DNA from: an uncultured Candidatus Saccharibacteria bacterium
GTDB taxonomy: Bacteria; Patescibacteriota; Minisyncoccia; Phycocordibacterales; PALSA-1337
Direction of reading: 5' to 3'
Assembly: GCA_964492835.1 (NCBI GenBank)
Contig: CAZBLC010000001.1
Span: 19,596 to 83,595 of the forward strand
Length of the DNA stretch: 64,000 nt
Both the position numbers and the translations under genes were made by a program. Below the pieces are notes generated by a model that was given only the letters and a program-made list of their open reading frames with translations, had not been told where the DNA came from and searched no databases. Numbering within the stretch: the first letter of the stretch is position 1; every line of letters starts with the position of its first letter. Shown piece after piece: positions 61,753-64,000 of this stretch.

Positions 61753-62171
61753 GGGGATGAAAGGCCTCGACAGTTGAGGTACTCAATATTGTGCATTGTA
61801 GAGCTCCGTCACCTCTTTAAAATGACGGAAATGTTAGATGCTAAATCAGCTATAACAAAGGCGAAGTCTACTGTGTCTCCATATTTTGGAGCTAATAGCT
61901 TTGCTTTCGCTTACGCAACAGTTTAATACTGTTCCCTAAACGACGTTCTACACTAGGTTTCGAAACTAGTGTTAGAGTGATATAACCTTCGAATTGGATT
62001 GTATTCACTTCCCTGCTTACAATCTGAAACTCTGGGAATCGCTTACATATATTTTGTTTACTTTATAGTATGTAAGTTAAAAGAGGGCGACCTCGCTAAA
62101 GTTTTCTATACAATGTAGATCCAATATTAGATTTCATCTGCACCCGAGTTCGATTCTCGGCATCTCCACCA
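61753..62171 (+). ncRNA. ssrA: Transfer-messenger RNA (tmRNA, ssrA)
   Basis: 5' GGGGATG pairs with 3' CATCTCC-ACCA. tRNA-like T-arm GAGTTCGATTCTC. Internal ORF ending in a TAA within hairpin ACAGT-TTAAT-ACTGT. Confidence 0.85.
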
Positions 62172-62258
62172 CATTTGACACAGGTACTATTTAATGATAG
62201 TGTGTTTTTAGCTTGAACGTGCTGGTTTGCAACCAAAATAACAATCCAAGGTAATTCA

Positions 62259-62642
62259 ATGAATCTCACAACGGAACTTCTGACGCCATTTATTGGTGGT
62301 CAAATTGAAATCCAAAACGAAGGTCAAGGCTATCTCTATCGCGGTCAAATAAAGTCTGGACGCGTCACCAGTGGCGAACTTGTCATCGAACTGGACTGGA
62401 TGGGCAAATGCGAGGGTTTTCCCTCTAGCCCCAGCAAGTGGGTAAAGGACGACACAGAAGATTGGGCGATTAGCCTCCAGATCAGCGGTGTCAGCAACAT
62501 CGGTCCTAGTCGTCCTGAAATCGGAGGCGGCGATCGCATCTGCATCAACTGTCCCAGTATTGGAGAGCTCATTGTTCTTTATCCTGCTGATGGGAGTAAG
62601 CTCGACCCTGCAAGGATCGAAGGACTTCAGTTGGCGGCATAA
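62259..62642 (+). CDS. Hypothetical protein encoded in a GC-rich (~50%) segment
   Basis: 127-aa ORF. Composition departs strongly from the ~33% GC background. No recognised domain. Confidence 0.4.
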   Translation: MNLTTELLTPFIGGQIEIQNEGQGYLYRGQIKSGRVTSGELVIELDWMGKCEGFPSSPSKWVKDDTEDWAISLQISGVSNIGPSRPEIGGGDRICINCPSIGELIVLYPADGSKLDPARIEGLQLAA

Positions 62643-62770
62643 ACCAACTTTTACAATACAATCTGAATCTCTGACCTCCTCAAGAAAACCTTCGTTAGGT
62701 TCTCTCGAGGAGGTCTTTTCTTTTACATGTTAAATAACCATACTCTACCCATCTACACATTTTCTTAAAA

Positions 62771-63265
62771 ATGCTATCATTATCCCCGGAGAACACCATG
62801 CACTCAATCAAACTTGTTCTTGTAATGTTAATGTCTACACTGACATTAATGCGAGTTTCAGGACAGAGTGATATCTGGACTGAAGCGTTCAAACTTGGTC
62901 ACATCCACACCAATGACTGTAGGATCAATTGCTTTGAAGAAGCAGATCATGAAAATCATGATTCAGTTATTGAGTCCAGATATCAAGGAAACAATGTCTG
63001 GTCAGTGAGACTCATCAATACCTTCATGCCGAAGGTTGATCCAGCACATGTTGAATACAAAGAAAGGAATGGATTCAAACTGATGCAGTATGAAGGTGGT
63101 AGTTTCTACTCCACACAAAATGGTAGTAGGACCAAAGACATTTTGGCATATCACCTGAGATTGAATACCAATACCCTTCTGGAGGTTGTGAGGATTGAAT
63201 TCAATCAACCAGCAGTCCAGAACATGGATACGATGGTAGGCATTGCGATAAGGACATCAAGATGA
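62771..63265 (+). CDS. Hypothetical secreted protein (signal-peptide-like N-terminus)
   Basis: MHSIKLVLVMLMSTLTLMRVSGQ signal-like N-terminus. Part of the same atypical-composition segment. Followed by a strong terminator. Confidence 0.4.
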   Translation: MLSLSPENTMHSIKLVLVMLMSTLTLMRVSGQSDIWTEAFKLGHIHTNDCRINCFEEADHENHDSVIESRYQGNNVWSVRLINTFMPKVDPAHVEYKERNGFKLMQYEGGSFYSTQNGSRTKDILAYHLRLNTNTLLEVVRIEFNQPAVQNMDTMVGIAIRTSR

Positions 63266-63270
63266 AAACG

Positions 63271-63296
63271 AAATCCCACCGAACTCGGTGGGATTT
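63271..63296. terminator. Bidirectional rho-independent terminator
   Basis: aaatcccaccg-aact-cggtgggattt perfect 11-bp stem flanked by A-run and T-run. Serves the + ORF ending 63265 and the minus-strand micro-ORF ending 63302. Confidence 0.65.
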
Positions 63297-63301
63297 GTTA
63301 T

Positions 63302-63388
63302 TTATTTTCTTCTCTTAGTTGTCTTCTTTGTAGTTTTTTTAGATTTCTTTGAAGACTTCTTAGTTACTTTCTTTTTTGCTTTTGCCAT
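63302..63388 (-). CDS. Candidate 28-aa lysine-rich microprotein (MAKAKKKVTKKSSKKSKKTTKKTTKRRK)
   Basis: ATG...TAA micro-ORF read on the minus strand, flanked by a terminator. Composition-only evidence, no SD-like sequence seen. Confidence 0.25.
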   Translation of the reverse strand: MAKAKKKVTKKSSKKSKKTTKKTTKRRK

Positions 63389-63550
63389 TAGAGTGTAAAT
63401 ATTTTTTTGATTAAAATTATTTTATCGACCACTGTTAATATATTAACATTAAAATATAAATATTAATTAAAAAAATAAATAAAAGTGTGCATAACTTTTA
63501 TTTTTAAAATACTTCTTGCTATATTAATTTTCAAACTGTACACTTATTGA

Positions 63551-64000
63551 ATGAATAAAAAAAATATTATCTTATCTTGTTGGATTATTTTGGTTGTAAT
63601 AATATTGGGATTCTTTCTGAATTCGTATTGTGAATATAAAAAAGAAGTTGTGGCTGTAACTATTGATACATCGACAGATCAAGAGATAGCAGTATCTACT
63701 CCAGTTAAAAAAGATAATTTGTTAGCAGATACAGGTAGGGAAAAAATGTATAAAGGAATAAAATTGCAAACTGGTTATAATAACTATTGGAATACTATTT
63801 ATGGTGACCTAGAGTATAGTCCAATCTTGATTGATGGTGACCATTTTATAGTTGGCTCGAATGGTTATGGGCCGAGGGCTCAGGTGTTTGCTTTTAATCT
63901 TAAGACTGGTAAGGAATTATTACTATACAATGAATATACTGACAGGCTCTATATAAATCAGATTATAAAAATTGGAAATACCATGTTCTTTTCAACTGGT
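63551..64000 (+). CDS. Partial CDS (5' portion) of a signal-anchored protein, runs off the window end
   Basis: Open frame from ATG 63551 to the window end. N-terminal hydrophobic segment ILSCWIILVVIILGFFL. Confidence 0.4.
   Translation, partial: MNKKNIILSCWIILVVIILGFFLNSYCEYKKEVVAVTIDTSTDQEIAVSTPVKKDNLLADTGREKMYKGIKLQTGYNNYWNTIYGDLEYSPILIDGDHFIVGSNGYGPRAQVFAFNLKTGKELLLYNEYTDRLYINQIIKIGNTMFFSTG

Noticed and set aside
62519-62535. GCGATCGC (HIP1-like octamer) inside the GC-rich ORF after ssrA, as a marker of cyanobacterial origin.
   Set aside because: Only a single occurrence. HIP1 is diagnostic only when highly iterated. It is kept only as supporting colour for the compositional anomaly.
63551-64000. 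Beta-propeller or PQQ-like repeat in the partial C-terminal ORF (GDHFIVGSNGYG...).
   Set aside because: Too little sequence in the window to support a domain call.

Overview
This is a low-GC (~33%) bacterial chromosome segment. Gene content and style are consistent with a small-genome Patescibacteria/CPR-like organism, but this is unverified.

Layout from left to right:

- (1) A Nudix gene, then the glycolytic pair eno and gpmI with a rho-independent terminator after eno.
- (2) A DedA-PAP2 fusion membrane protein, divergent from an orphan OmpR-type response regulator.
- (3) A Wzy_C/O-antigen-ligase-like membrane protein with a TPR tail, and a Wzx-like flippase.
- (4) A ~27.7 kb, entirely minus-strand glycan-biosynthesis locus (9152-36812). 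It carries about nine GT4 and one GT2 glycosyltransferases, four to five SAM methyltransferases, the GDP-D-glycero-alpha-D-manno-heptose module hddC-hddA-gmhB, and a LicC-like NTase / KdsC-like HAD / ChoK-APH kinase / Rpe-like / SIS-fusion module. It also carries a NodB deacetylase, a second APH-like kinase, an AsnB-type amidotransferase, a truncated Ugd-like dehydrogenase and an SDR epimerase.
- (5) A soluble TraG/VirD4/HerA-like P-loop ATPase with a proline-rich tail.
- (6) A complete minus-strand type IV pilus operon, pilM-pilN-pilO-(small TM)-pilB-(CheY-like RR)-pilT-pilC-pilin, with a terminator after the pilin. comFC follows on the opposite strand.
- (7) A Ser-type tRNA, an FAD-linked oxidase and a deacetylase-like gene.
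- (8) A rearrangement scar: a degenerate tRNA-Ser 3' fragment fused to a duplicated gene 3' end. With the intact tRNA-Ser(GCU) it brackets a 3.6 kb two-gene segment.
- (9) Two free-standing HTH-LAGLIDADG endonuclease-like genes, each abutting a tRNA: tRNA-Ser(GCU) and tRNA-Ile with apparent anticodon UAU.
- (10) recG, ftsH, smpB and the tmRNA gene ssrA.
- (11) Immediately 3' of ssrA, a conspicuously GC-rich (~50%) two-ORF insert ending in a strong bidirectional terminator. Beyond it are a lysine-rich 28-aa microprotein ORF, a perfect 16-bp palindrome and a partial CDS.

No CRISPR array, integrase or transposase was recognised. The most unusual candidates are the glycan locus with its uncharacterised activation module, the DedA-PAP2 fusion, the pilus-adjacent ATPase, the tRNA/homing-endonuclease/scar region and the tmRNA-adjacent foreign insert.
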